DNA from: Vicugna vicugna
Lineage: Eukaryota
Reading direction: 5' to 3'
DNA length: 64,000 bases
Assembly: GCA_013265495.1 (NCBI GenBank)
Contig: MU058384.1
Location: 4,263,239-4,327,238 of the forward strand
The notes beneath the pieces are model-generated. The model was not told the origin of the DNA and did not search any database. It worked only from the letters and a program-made list of their open reading frames with translations. Below, piece by piece: positions 12,841 through 26,043 of this stretch. The number at the start of each line of letters is the position of its first letter. Within the stretch, counting starts at the first letter, position 1. A program made the translations under genes and the position numbers.

Positions 12841-13519
12841 GGACCACGAGACGGACTCCCTTTGAGAAGGAAGGGAAGTGAGTAGAGCTGATTACCTTAC
12901 CTCCATTGTAAAGTTCTTGGTCAGGGTTCTAGAAAGGAAGGTGGAGATAAAAAGATAATTTTATGAGACAGCTGAGAAGGGGTCAGACCAGGCAAAGGAA
13001 CCAAACAGGACTCAGCTGGAGACCCTTATGGCTTCAAGAGAAGAATGGTCTCCATTAAGGCCCCACATTTGTGGGAAGAAGCCTGTTGTTGATTTCTCCT
13101 CTGGGGCCCCTGTCCCCAGCACAGTGTCCAATGGACTTGCCTCCGACAGAGAAGCAGGTGAGTAGCTGTTGCATTTATGAGCTAGAAAGCTGTTTTTTTT
13201 TCCCTACTGTTTGGTGATTTTTGGCTCCTCATGGACAGGCAGAAACTCATTATAAGTAATTTGGTTTATTTTTCTTCTTTTAAAGTATTTGACCTGTTTG
13301 TGCTTTTCCTTTATAGCTGCAATGTTAATACAGATGCACTTTTGGAAAAATTTTTAGCTGTAATAGTCTTCTGTTGCACACTAAAACGAATCTCAGAGTA
13401 AAAAGATGTACAGTTAAGTAGTTGTGAATATTTTGATAGTCTTAGCACATGTCAATAGAATCCTAAACCAGATGCTATTCCACACGTTGTATTAAAAAAG
13501 ATTATGTTCATCATTCAAC

Positions 13520-14170
13520 ATTATTAATTAATTAAATAAATTTTAATGGGTACCTACCTTGCCTGGGGTGAATGGGTGTTGGAAGGAAATTTATTATGTA
13601 GCTGAGGAGATGTGAAATATACAGTAATAACTACAGTACAACTAGGAGGTAAAAAAGAAAATGTGATGGGTCACAGGTGCAAAGGTGTTTATTACTGAGA
13701 TAGTAGGGAAGGCTACATTGGGCTGCGGGAAGGTGGTGATTAAGCTGATCATTGAAGAATAAGGGGATTTGGAAATTAGAGGTTTGGGAATGAAGCATGA
13801 ATGTCCAAGGGAGATAACCTGGAGTAAATGTTCAGGAGCAGGAAATAACAGTGAGCAAGTGAAACACAAACTGTCATGTTGTGTTGGCTTACAGGGAAGA
13901 GAGGCAGAAGAGTGGAAAGTAAGGAAAGGGGCCAGATCATGCTTTGTCTTGGATGCCAGATGAGTGGGAGCCACTGGAAGATTTGGAGGTAGAATGATAC
14001 AAGCAGAGCTCTGCCTTGGAAAGAGTGACCTGAGACTAGGATGGATTCATTTTTAGGACATGTTGAAAGCAGGGAACTCAGACAGAGGACTATGGCAGCA
14101 ATCTAAGTACAAAATAAGGAGGCCCTGCCTTCCCAGGGTGGTGGGAGAAATGGGCTGGAGGATACATGTG
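13520..14170 (-). mobile_element. L2 fragment
   Basis: GGGGCCAGATCATG...GGGAGCCACTGGAAGATTTG...GAATGATAC, typical of antisense L2. Confidence 0.7.
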
Positions 14171-15324
14171 GGTGGGAAAGGTATTAATGGGTGTATATAG
14201 TTCCTTTGATTTTGTGCAATATTTCTGGCTTACTTTTTAATCTCAAAATATCCAATTGTGGTTTTTAAGTGGTATCTGTGAGCTCTATCAGCTCCTGAGC
14301 CAGAGTCTCCATGTGCCTCGGTTAATCATATGCTCTTAATTCACGGAAACTCTGCTCACTCTTCCAGGCGACTAGCTACGATTTTGCAAGTTCTTGTGTT
14401 ATTATTTCCCTCTATTTACTTAAAATTCATTTTCACATATATCGTCCCTTATAGAATTTTGTTTTTGTAGGCAGGGTAATTAATATGAGTCTCATTTTAC
14501 TGCAAACTTGCCCAAGGTTATAACAAATATTCCTATTAAAGGTTCTTTTGCACTATTTCTTATTGTCTCTCAATCTGCCTCGATCTTGAGGGCTCAAGCT
14601 TCTACTGAGGTCTTGAGACTCTGGAATGGCAATAGGAAGTCTAATCCAAACTCAGGTCAGTGAGATCAACTGCTCCTCTTGCTTCTCCTCCCCATCCCCC
14701 TTGCCTCACAAGAATTCAGGCTGGCCTAGAATCAACCAGTAGGTTCTAGTGCATTCCTAAAACAATCTCAGCCTTCAGTCCAATCCGGAAATGACTGCAG
14801 ATCACTCCAGAGAGAAGCCTGGACTTTCAGACTGGGCCAGAGCCTAGCCAGGCACTGGAGGTGGAGAGACGGGGTGGCAGGAGGAAAGGGAGCCTTTCAG
14901 GACCCCAGAGCTGCTGTTCTCAGGCCTGAAATGAGCTTCTTCTATTTTGTTTACTTGGCAACTGTCTGATCCCCTGAAAATCCTCCATGGGAAGAGGCTG
15001 TGTGCCATCCTGGAAGCCTTAAGACAACTATCCTAATCTGCTGGTGCCTTAGTTTTCCTATCCATAAAATAGGATAATAGAGAATTTACCTCATGGGGGT
15101 ACATTCTAGAAGGATTGCATGGAAAACACTAGAATAAGCTTAGCTGATCACCACACTGTAACCTCCAAGGCCGCCAAGCTTTCACGCCTCAGTGCTCTCA
15201 CAGACCCTTGCCTGCTATCATAGCAGGTGTCGCATAGTAGTTCATTATTTCCATTTCTGTCCTTTCACTAGACCATGAGCTCCTTGAGGGCTGGTTCAGT
15301 AATGCTAATATCCCATGTCTGAGG

Positions 15325-15470
15325 TCCGGCAATGTACCAGGAACTGTGCTAACTTACACATGAGAAGACTGAGGACTAAGAGGTTAGATGGTTTGCCAAG
15401 AATGACATACACAGTGAGCAACAGACCAGGATTCAAAGCTGGGGATGTTGAGTTGCATTCTCAATCCCTG
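15325..15470 (-). mobile_element. MIR
   Basis: ATGAGAAGACTGAGGACTAAGAGGTTAGATGGTTTGCCAAG...CCAGGATTCAAAGC. Confidence 0.7.
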
Positions 15471-16340
15471 GCCTGCAGTATCCTAGTCTTTGCACCCCGT
15501 GTGGCCTGGTGCAATGCCCAGCATGGATTAGATGTTCATTTAACGCTTAATGCTTGATGAATGGGTTTGATGGATTCTACCCTAACAGGTGGTTGAGTTT
15601 GAATAAATCTCATATGACCTCTGAGGGGTATTGCTCAGTAGCTGAAAACATGGAGAGGTACCGCTGTCCCAGTTTCCACATCTCTGACTTTCAGATGTGG
15701 CAGGCAGTGCCATCCTTTTCCCCTAGGTGGGGTAGGGAGAGAGGAAGATGAGTCATTAAAGGTTAATTGCCTAAGAATTCCTGATTTCATGTAGTTCTCA
15801 GGCCTCTCTACCTAAAACAACCATCCTTGGAATTGGTGCAGAATTTCTTATTATCTCCAATGAGACTCCCCTGTAAACAAGGCTATTAATACTAATATTG
15901 ATTCATTCGGAAATAAAGCTGTTTGTTATGCTACTAGCTAATAACTGAACTTATTTAAGAGTAAAATAAAAGAGAGGGTGGCAATCAACTTCATAGCATT
16001 TGTCTCACTCATTTACATTCACGCATTCAAGAAATTATTATTGAGCATCTATTACCCGGTAGCCACCATGCCCAGCATGATGTTCTAGGAAATTGTCTGA
16101 CAATCCTCCCTCTGGGGGGTTTGCCCTGAAAGAGCAAGCGAAACAACTCAAAGGACTTTACTTTTTTTTAAAGAAGAATGTATCAAAGGATATGTATAAA
16201 GTGAAAGGAACCCTAGACTTGGACTCAGAAGTAGAGAATTACAATCCCATCTCTCTTACAATAAAACCTGGAGTTTACTGAACATATACTCAGTGGCAGG
16301 TATTATTCAAAGCCTTCTCATTTATTATTATTATTAAATT

Positions 16341-16488
16341 TTAAAAGCAGCTTTATTGAGATTTCATTGACATATAAAATTGTATAGATTTAATGTATAC
16401 AACTTGATGATGTATTATATGTATACATTGTGAAATGATCACTACAATCAAGCTCATTAACATATCGATTACCTCCACATAGCTGCCA

Positions 16489-16533
<45 letters not shown>

Positions 16534-16987
16534 GAGAAGATTTAAGATCTATCCTCTTAGCAAACTGCAAGTATATAACTCAGTATCATCATTAACTATT
16601 GGTACCATGCTGTACATTAGATCTCCAGAATTTATTCAGCTTGCATAACTGAAACTTTGTACCCTTTGACCATTATCACCCCATTTTCCTCTCCCCCTAG
16701 GTGCTAGCAACCACCACCTTACTCTCTGCTTCTACGAATTTGACTATTTTAGATTTCACGTTTAAGTAAGATCACACAGTATGTCTCTTTTTGTGTTTTG
16801 CTTATTTTGCTTAGCATAACATCCTCTAGGTTCACCCATGTTGTCACAAATGGTAAGCTTTCCTTATTTTTTTTAAGGCTGAATAATTTCATACATATGT
16901 CTATATACGTACATAAAAGACATGTATGTATCATGTATTCTGTATCCATTCACCCTTCCAAGGATGTTTTCGGTTGTTTCCATATTC
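16341..16987 (-). mobile_element. L1 3' end, L1MA8/L1MA9-like
   Basis: CTTTATTGAG...CATAGCTGCCATC(GT)n...AAGATCTATCCTCTTAGCAAA...CATGCTGTACATTAGATCTCCAGAA, characteristic of this L1 3' UTR. Confidence 0.85.
16491..16532. repeat. (GT)21 microsatellite inside the L1
   Basis: Read directly. Confidence 0.98.
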
Positions 16988-16999
16988 AAAGACTTCTCA

Positions 17000-17170
17000 T
17001 TTAACCTGTTATTAGCTCTGTGATCTGGGACAAGTCTCTTACACAACATGAGCCTCAGTTTTCTATTCGTGGAGTAATAATTTTGTATCTACCTCACTGG
17101 CTGTTATGAGGACTGTGAATGTGAAACCTCCTTGCACACTCTAAACTCTCATGGAATCTATTATAATAAA
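17000..17170 (+). mobile_element. MIR
   Basis: TTAGCTCTGTGATCTGGGACAAGT...GAGCCTCAGTTTTCT...CTACCTCACTGGCTGTTATGAGGA. Confidence 0.75.
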
Positions 17171-20029
17171 TTTGTTTCTATTACCACAATTTACATTTTC
17201 TTATAATTTACTTTTCCTCTGATTTATTGCATTTCTCATTCTGCTAAGAAAATGATTTTACATTCCTGTATGTATGCTTCTATAAATCCAATTATCTATT
17301 CTAATTTGGTTGTTTATAAATACGAATTTTAATACATTAAGTTTTCTTAAAATCAGCATCAGAGAAGAGAGGGCAGAGGAGACAGAGTTGGAGAAGAAAA
17401 CACAGGGAGAGAAAAACGACATAAATCAAATGGAAGCAAAAAGAATCAGTCTTTTCCTCCATCAAAATTAGGATGAAGGTCTGGGATTATAACCCAGATT
17501 TAGAAATAATCATTAGTCAGGAAAAAAGCTCTGAAAATGGTGATTAACTAATGAAGAAAGAGGGATAAATTAGATATTCATTTTTATCAATTAGGTTTCA
17601 AATAATTATTCATTTTGATCCTGATGTATTCTAATTTTTCAGACAAATATTATACATCAGAATACAAGGGTCTGCATTATTCCTAAATGTTTTGTGCTCG
17701 ATTCCTTGATTCCAAACTGGATTGTAAATTTTCAAAAGGAGGGGGTTGTAATGTGTATTTCTTTGTATCCCTCTCCAAGCTTGGCAGGGGTCTAAGTTTT
17801 GGTAGATGAGGAAATGATCAATTTATAGCAAATACTTTCTGGAAAGTGATGTTCAATGTTCCTAATCCCATCATCACTATTTTCTTAATTGAAAAGTAGG
17901 ATTCTTAGCCCTTTATTTATGGAACAGTTCATTTATCTCAACTGTGAGGTGAGAGCTAAAATCTTGAATGTGAAATAGTTATGAAACTGAACAGTAGGAT
18001 TTTGAGGAGATTAATCAAGTGGACTTTAGGATAGTATTCAAACAGCCACTATGTTCTTGGAATCTGTATAAATAAAACTTAGAAATGTATGCCCAGCGCC
18101 CTGGCTTTTCCTGCTCAAATGCAGGGAAACCACCCCCTTCCCCCAACCCCTGCCTTTGCCAAAATTGTCATTCTGAGTTTAAATCAAACATGGGCTTGGT
18201 TTCAAGTGACTATGCCCTCCTGGCATGATTCCACCAAGGCTCAGACCTCACTGCTCGCCCTTTGGCTGGCTCTGGTGCAGAGAGAGGAACATTTACATTT
18301 GCATAACAAGTAGGAAGGTGCCTTTTGATTCTATGTCCAGGGATTTGATTCATTCTGTGTAACAGTATTGAGGAATTATAGAGCGATTGGAGCCAGGGAT
18401 GGAGTCTGCATACATTCTTCCACTTTCTGTCTGCCCCCCAAAATGAGTCACTTCTAACTCCTACCCTGTTAGGCTGCTATTAGACCATCTCTGGTCCAAA
18501 GCAAAGGTCAGCTTGACATGTCAACACTGCTCAGGCTGAACAACTGCTCAGGGTGGCTCATTCATAATTCATGCATCTGAAAAGTGGATTATGTGTATTC
18601 AGGTTGCTGACTTCCCAATCCTATTTCTGATTCATTCATAGCAGAACCTAAAAAACCTCACATTCTATTAAACTGTTTCTTGTATAAATCACTTTTTCTT
18701 TCAAATCAGAGTCCTCAATGGAATTCCTTTTGGTCTAGTAGATATTTATAGTAAATAGGCATGGCATAGTATATCTTCCTTTGCATTCTGTAAAATATCA
18801 CCTATGAAAATCCCTCCCTTTCATCTTTCCCAATTACACATGTTTTACAGCATTGGAGAATACCAGCCAATACTTGGGCTGATAGGAGGTGAGGTACATA
18901 AGCTTCTTGAAACTAACATTGTTTAAAATGTTGGCATATCATATACTCAGGCTACGAATGAGTAGTTCACTCTGAACTGGGATAATTTTTACTAGTCCTA
19001 TTCCTCTAAAAGTAATTAACCAAATATTCTTTCTCTTTTTTTAAAATTCTCTTTGATTGTTATTTCTACCTTGCTACTGAGTTCCCAGGAAACAGACCTT
19101 GGAGGGAGGATGGAGGCACAGTCTTTGTTCAACAAACATGCCTGTAGTTCTGAATTTTTTCAGGCTTCTTTGGACACTTGGGTGAGAGCAGATGTTACAT
19201 GATTTCAGAGTGTCTTCTGTCTCCAGTTGAAGATCATCCAAACTCTGAAACCTCACAGGGAAATCTAATGGTTTTTCTTCAACATAACTAGAAGACATTG
19301 ACCTCTGCCAGTTTCATTAGGAAATGAGTTATTATGTTGATATCCTTATAAAACCCCTGGTTTCTGAGAAGTTCCTCTCCCTATGGTGCTTTGGAAAGGT
19401 CTGCTGCTTGTCAAGAGTGATCAGTCTTGATTCCTAAAAAGCTGTGGCTGGAATTCTAATAGCAACATGTTATGAATTGGCTTATTGCATTAACAAGTAA
19501 AAGATTCCTTGTGATTAAATAGGTTTTTGATGTTAAGTGGCCATTCAAATCATAAATAATTGACTACTCAAAAATGAGAACACAAGATTCTCACATTTTA
19601 ACTTATTTTAGCTAAGGATTTAGTTGACAACCGAATACTTGCAAATTCAACATGCTTTTAGAAATTACTTTTGCATGTACTTTGACCCAACCAAAACTTA
19701 AACTCCATTTCTCCACCTCAAGTTAATCAGAACATTCTGGCAATTGCATGATTAGAGGTATTACTTTTCATTGTATACACTGATGTGTAATGGATGAAAG
19801 TTTGATTAAAAATTGTAAGTAAAGGGTACTTTCAAGATTATTCCACTGGAATCGTAAATATAATTAAGCTAAAATTCTATTCTATGACTTTTCCCATTTT
19901 ATTTATGACTCAGAGTAATGCACCTTGGATGAGGGAATGTGAATTGAGTAAGTGCTCCCTGGTATTCAGTGATAAATTAAAAAAGCAACTTAATATTTCT
20001 GGGTGATTATTAGAAATGAGTAGTGTGGG

Positions 20030-20230
20030 GTACTAATCATGAACACTTATAGGGGACTAACTATGTACTAGCAGTATGCTGGTTTCTTTATGTGAATTAT
20101 CTGACTTAATCTTGTACCATAATGCAGTTTCTACTGTTATTTCTATTTTACAGATGAGAAAACTTAGGTCCAAAGAATTTAGTAAAGATACAAAGGAGTC
20201 TGGCTCCAGATCCCATTTCTGAACCATGAT
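20030..20230 (-). mobile_element. MIR
   Basis: ATTTTACAGATGAGAAAACTTAGG...GTCTGGCTCCAGA. Confidence 0.75.
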
Positions 20231-21981
20231 AACAAACTAAAGAGAAGTATCCCCAATGACAGGGCTAAAGAAGGGGGTTGTAGGGAAGTAGGCAGTTACG
20301 AATTTTTCATAAGATTAAAATAAAGGAACATAAATCAGAACCACAAACCTTATAAAAAATGGAATCTACTCCCAAAGAAGTTGAGATGTGAAGGCTCCCC
20401 GAGAAGCGCAGCTCTTTATAGCCTTTAACTTTCGGCTTCACAGGGCAACAGCAAACAAACAACGACCAGAGAAAGAACTCAACAACTTCGCAGGTGGCCC
20501 CAGAAGCCTTTAAAGCACATTATCCTGAGTTGAAATAATCTTACAGCAGTGGGGATAGAGCACACCTGTGTCTGCATGCACCTTGGGTAGCCCTTCGTTC
20601 AAGCTTGGTTGTCAATTAAAGTGCAAGGTTGTTCAACTTGATAAGTTTGGCAAAGACTGATAATATAAATGTATCACAACTGTTGATGACTAAGGGCTCA
20701 CCTTGACTGTGGTGAGAGGTCAGGAAGAGCAGCTCAGCTCTAAGTTCAAAGATCCCGTACGTAACAAGTCTTTCTAGTGCATTAGACTCCACCTTCTTCT
20801 AGTCTCTGTGCCACATTTGGCATTAACGAGCTCAGGCCTCTTTTTTCCTTTTTAAACTCCATTGTTCTTTTTAGAAAGAAGGTGTTCCTCTGCCCAGTTA
20901 TGCCCCCTCTCATCTTTTAGTCCTTTTCTCTTTTCCTTACTTATTTTGCAAGATCATTGTCCAGTATATTAGACTTGGACAAATCAAGAGCTTGTTTTCT
21001 CTCTGACATTAATCCGCTCCCATGCACACTGGTAACCCTCCTTGGTCTGTTTATTTGGAAGTGGTCTCAGAAAAGATGTCTAGACTGCAGCTCTGAAGAC
21101 ACTTAGCACCCAGCTGCTCATCACTTTTGCCCTGAATAGGAATAAATCCACCTGTTTCATACTTCCTTGACTATAGTATTTATTGTTTAATCTAAACACA
21201 TAACATTCTTTTCAATTTTCCAAATCCTTGGGAAGTATTAAAAGGGTTTTCACTGAGCAGAATGTTATGCAGTGTGGGAAATGGGTTCAAACAAGATAAA
21301 AAATACATTCAGATATTATTTATTCTGAACTTTTAATACAACATGTATGCTTTGAGTGTCTACATGGGTCCATACACTGAGGAAACTGATAAAATAAAGG
21401 GCTTAGTTGTGGGACTAAAAGCAAAGACTATCAGGTAGAAAGTCTGATAAAGACTCAAGACTAATCTGTGAGTTAATTAGGATACTTCACCAATTACCAA
21501 TGTGTACTTAATTAGAGCCAAGTGTCTGGCACAACCAAAGGTAAATATAAAAACATTTCTACCATCTAAGAGGAGGCATTTGCTTCTTAATTTTTCTCTT
21601 TCCATTTTAATGATTATAATGGCAGGTACGCCCATTATGAGATTAGTAGAAGTGTTCCATGTTCCAGGGGCTGTCCTCTGACTTCAGATATTCACAAAAG
21701 CTGAACTCTTTGCTGAAGCTTGCACTTTCTTCCTGAGGCTGCACTCCTTCATTCTCATTCCCCACAGTTACACACAGGTTTTTGACCCCTTATTATGTCC
21801 GACCACCCCAAAGCCACCATGGGGCCACCTCACTTTTGGCTCCCCAATGAGTAGTCTCTTTAGAACCATCTTTCACTGAGCGAGTCTGTCAAACTCTCTA
21901 CTGGTGGCACACCTCTGCATATCTGCTTAAACTCAAACTCCTCAGAAGGACATCCTCCACTGTCATACAGAGCCCTCATCT

Positions 21982-22202
21982 AGGGAGGGTATAGCTCAGT
22001 GGTGGAGCACATGCTTAGCATGCATGAGGTCCTGGGTTCAATCCCTAGTACCTCCATTAAAAAAAGTAAATAAATAAATAAACTTAATTACCTTTCCTTC
22101 AAAAAATAAAGTAAAAATAAATAAATAAGTCTATAAAAAACTGTTTAAAAAAAGTAAGCATGCAAGCTAACAAAAAATACAGTTAAAAACAAACAAAAAA
22201 AA
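21982..22202 (+). mobile_element. Camelid tRNA-derived SINE (Vic-1 type) with long A-rich tail
   Basis: GGGAGGGTATAGCTCAGTGG (A box)...GGGTTCAATCCC (B box), then (AAAT)n, TAATTACC and an A-rich tail. Confidence 0.9.
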
Positions 22203-23160
22203 GAGCCTCCACACACCCATTGCCGGGAAAAACACTTTTCTTCCCAATGACAATGAATACTGTAATCATTCTGTTTCCCCTTTATCTTGCCTGGTAGGAA
22301 GTTCAGATCTCAGTTTTGCTCAGTTACTTTGTATATTTGTTTTCCTTCCCTCCTACTTTACTATGTGATTTTTGTCTTTTATCTGGACAGGATGATTTTA
22401 TGTCTTTGTGTACATATGTTTTATTGTAACCTTCTTATAAGCTTACACATCTTTTTGGAAATAGATAAATGTGTAAATAAGTTCTTATCCTTAACCTTTT
22501 ATTATTTTAAAGTTACATGTAATGCAATATCAATTTAAATCTTGATTTCACCTCTTATCTCATTCTCTGAACAGCCTGTGCATATACCTCTGCTTATGAT
22601 CTAATGGTTGAGGTCCATAGTGCCGGTTCTGAAGTTATGAAAACTTTTCATAGGGGAGTGTATTTCCTGTGTCATTTATATCTAACCAACCCAGAAATAT
22701 TTTATTATTGTGGAACGGAGGTGGTGATGCCCCAAGGAAAGGTGATAATGATGATGATTTGAGTTACTGAATACTTTGGCATCCTTTCAGTACAGTAATG
22801 TATCTTTTAGTATACTATCAAAGACTTTTCATAGTCATAGCTTAGTTGTCAAGACTGGAAAAGTTAAACTTTGGGAAGCAAACTCCTTCTGAGACAAACC
22901 AGAATGAGTTTTCGATGTCTTCCTAACTGTCAGCTTCATCCGAGATTTATAATGCACTAAGCCAGCTGAATTGGCTATAGGACCAATTTAGAAGCTCTGT
23001 GTAATGTCTTCGAACACCTTAATGTTGACATTAATCCGTAATTCACAATTTCAGGATATGCTTCTTGGGGGAAAGAGAGGAGGGCAGGGGCAAAACAACA
23101 ATGCGAGAGTTCAAAAAGGTTGAAGATGCACTTGGGGTATTTGTACTGGCACTCCAGAGC

Positions 23161-23292
23161 NNNNNNNNNNNNNNNNNNNNNNNNNNNNNNNNNNNNNNNN
23201 NNNNNNNNNNNNNNNNNNNNNNNNNNNNNNNNNNNNNNNNNNNNNNNNNNNNNNNNNNNNNNNNNNNNNNNNNNNNNNNNNNNNNNNNNNNN
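23161..23292. other. N gap, 132 nt
   Basis: Run of N. Confidence 0.99.
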
Positions 23293-25444
23293 TACTTCGA
23301 GAGGGGGTTATTTTATGGCATCTCACCGTTTCTGCCTCAGCTAGAGCCAGAGGTATCGGGAGCACAGAGTAAAAATAAAGAACAACATCAGAAATCTCTG
23401 TCCACCGCCACCCGCCTCACAAGACACTGACATTTCTTTTTAAACATCAAAAAAAGTTTCTGGACTGGTTCAGAGTAGGGTCTTATTTTTAATGGAACAT
23501 GCTCTATTGTTCATTAAAAAGAAGAAGCCACTTCAATTGTATTTCTAACTATTACCTTATTTGGGTGGCAATGAGCAGGCAGGCTGTGAATGGTACAATG
23601 CAGGCAGCCAAGAAGGTTTCTGAGAGAAGGGAGAGAGAGTTTCAGAAGAAAAAGGAGAAAAAATGGCCACTAAAAACTACACTTTTCCTTTGGAAATACA
23701 AAAACCTTCTAGAAGAAGAAGAAGGTTGGGATGAGCTCTATAAAATCTTGCCTCAATGTTGCTAAAATCTTTACCTTGCTTTCTGTGCTCAGCACTATGT
23801 TTGCAAAGAGAGCCTGAGGGATTGAGAGGTTAATCCTCAATAGTTTAGGGGCAAATGTGCTACAGACCCAAGCTTGCAACAGCCACACGCACTGGCCCTA
23901 TCTGCCCCACCCCGCTGAAACTCTATCTCTAAGCAACAGGCAGAGAGAAGCAGAACTATGGAACAGGATCACAGGAACACTTCATTTGTGATGGTTTAGC
24001 AACCAGCAGCTACCATCTCTACCTTATATGTAACTTCCTTTAACTTCACAATTCTGTTTAAATTTTCACATCTCATCTTCTTTTCTGATGAACAACTACA
24101 TTTTTAGTATATTGCAGGTACTCTAGGTGGGGAAATTCACAAAGAGAGAACTTGGGACGTGCCCACAACAATTTATAGTCTAAGTATAAAAACAAGAAAA
24201 ATACACATATACATACGCACGTTAAGAATGTATTAATGGGTACATATATGCTTATGGACATATATATGTGTGTGTGTGTGTATGTGTGTGTATAGTCTTG
24301 CTTGTATAAGATGGACTCCACACCCTTATAGAATGCAAAAACAGAGATGTTGGTGCATGAAAGTGAAAAGGATGGAAAATTAGATTTAGAGAGATTTTCA
24401 CATAAGGAGGCATTTATGGAGTTGGGAGGCTTAAAGCTTGGACCATGGCAGGTAGCATGGCTGAGTCAACAGCATGGCTGGGCATCAAGGAACCTCAAAT
24501 TGTCTCCAAGTATATTGTGTAATCTCCACGTATAGTTAGCTTTCTCATTTGAGAAAATGCAGTGATTTAACTAGATCTTAAAGTCATTTTCCACTATAAA
24601 ATGCAAAGACTTATCTATTTTCCACTTAAAAATTTTTAATGGTTCTATAAAAGTAAGAGATTTCTTGTTCATATGCAACCTGGTTACATTAATGTTGTGT
24701 TTTTCTGTTTCCCACTATGCTTTACATCAAATATCAGTCCAAGTTAACTTGACTAATCTCCATTTCTCAATCATTTTTCGCTTTTCTGCTTTTGTACCAT
24801 TCATGTTAAGTCCTTCACCGAGAAAATCACCTTGTCACATCTTGTTGAGATCTTAAGCATCTTAAAGACATAGCCCACCATGATCAGCCCACACAAAGAC
24901 TTCGTGGGTCATTCTAGAGAGGGGTGAGTTAACATCTAGCCCTCATGGAATATATATCACACTTGGTTTGTATTTGAGGAAGTAGTTTTATCTAACACAC
25001 AACATTATGAGCTACACAAAAATTATGTTTTTCTTACACATTTTTCTCATCCATCTTGTGGTACCTAGCCTTTAAAGAACTGCTTACTTAGAAAAACATG
25101 GCAACCTGAAGACAGGAAGAAACATGACTTAGCGAGTAGAAGGGATAGACTGTTCTGAGACTGTGAGGATACATTGTGTCAGGCTTTGACTCTAGGGAAG
25201 AGATGAGCACAGATGGAATGGGAGGTCTGGATGGAAGAACATCAAGGATATAAATCCTTCAGGACAGGGTGGTGTCAAATGGTAAAGGGCACTGGCTTGG
25301 TGATTTGTATATTATTTCTTGTGGTTCTGTGTAAAATACTACAGTATGTGGGAAAGGTGATCTGTAAGTTAAAAAAAAATTCATCATCTCAGATTTCTCA
25401 GTATCTACTAAATATAGTCAATGAACACCACATTGGTAGTTCAA

Positions 25445-26043
25445 AATCCATCGGTATCTTTACCCCCAAGTCCAGCTCTCCACCAGCCATTGTTGCTAGA
25501 GTGACCTTTCTAAAATGTAAAATACCTCATTTCCCACTAAAATTATTTGAAGCCTTCTCGTTTCCTGGAGGAAACACTCTTTAGAAAGGCAGGTGAAACC
25601 CCTGGTAATCTGTCCCCCAGTCTGCCTTTCTGGTCTCATCCCTAGCCCTCTTCCTGATACACTCCACACTCTGCATTCCCCAGACTTTCTCGCATTTAGT
25701 TCTACTATTCTTTTTCCTGGAATGTCCTACATTTCTTTCTCATTTGGAGAAATGTAACTTATTTTGAATGGTACCTCAAAATCAGCTCCTCTCTGAAAAC
25801 TGCTTTAACACCCATAATACTGACGGAATTAATCACTCCCTTGTGTGTTGGCACAGACTTTGTATATGTACCTCCAGTATAACATGTCACCTACCTAGCT
25901 TGCCCTGTCTAACTATCTATCTATCTATCCATCCATTCATTCATCTACCTACGTCGACTTTGTTTCATGAATTTTATTTTCTAAGGAACCAAGACAGTGT
26001 CTGACACATGACAGTCACTAAATAAACTTAGTTGAATAAGTAG
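25445..26043 (+). mobile_element. L2 fragment including 3' end
   Basis: GCTAGAGTGACCTTTCTAAAATGTAAA...CCTGGAATGTCC...CAGTGTCTGACACATG...AATAAACTTAGTTGAATAAG. Confidence 0.75.

Noticed and set aside
21983-22055. tRNA-Ala-like genes here and at 27290-27363 and 48270-48345
   Set aside because: They have A and B boxes but continue into a SINE body, A-rich tail and TSD, with no proper acceptor stem. They are SINE heads.
25213-25584. 123-aa plus-strand ORF
   Set aside because: Spans decayed L2 fragments.
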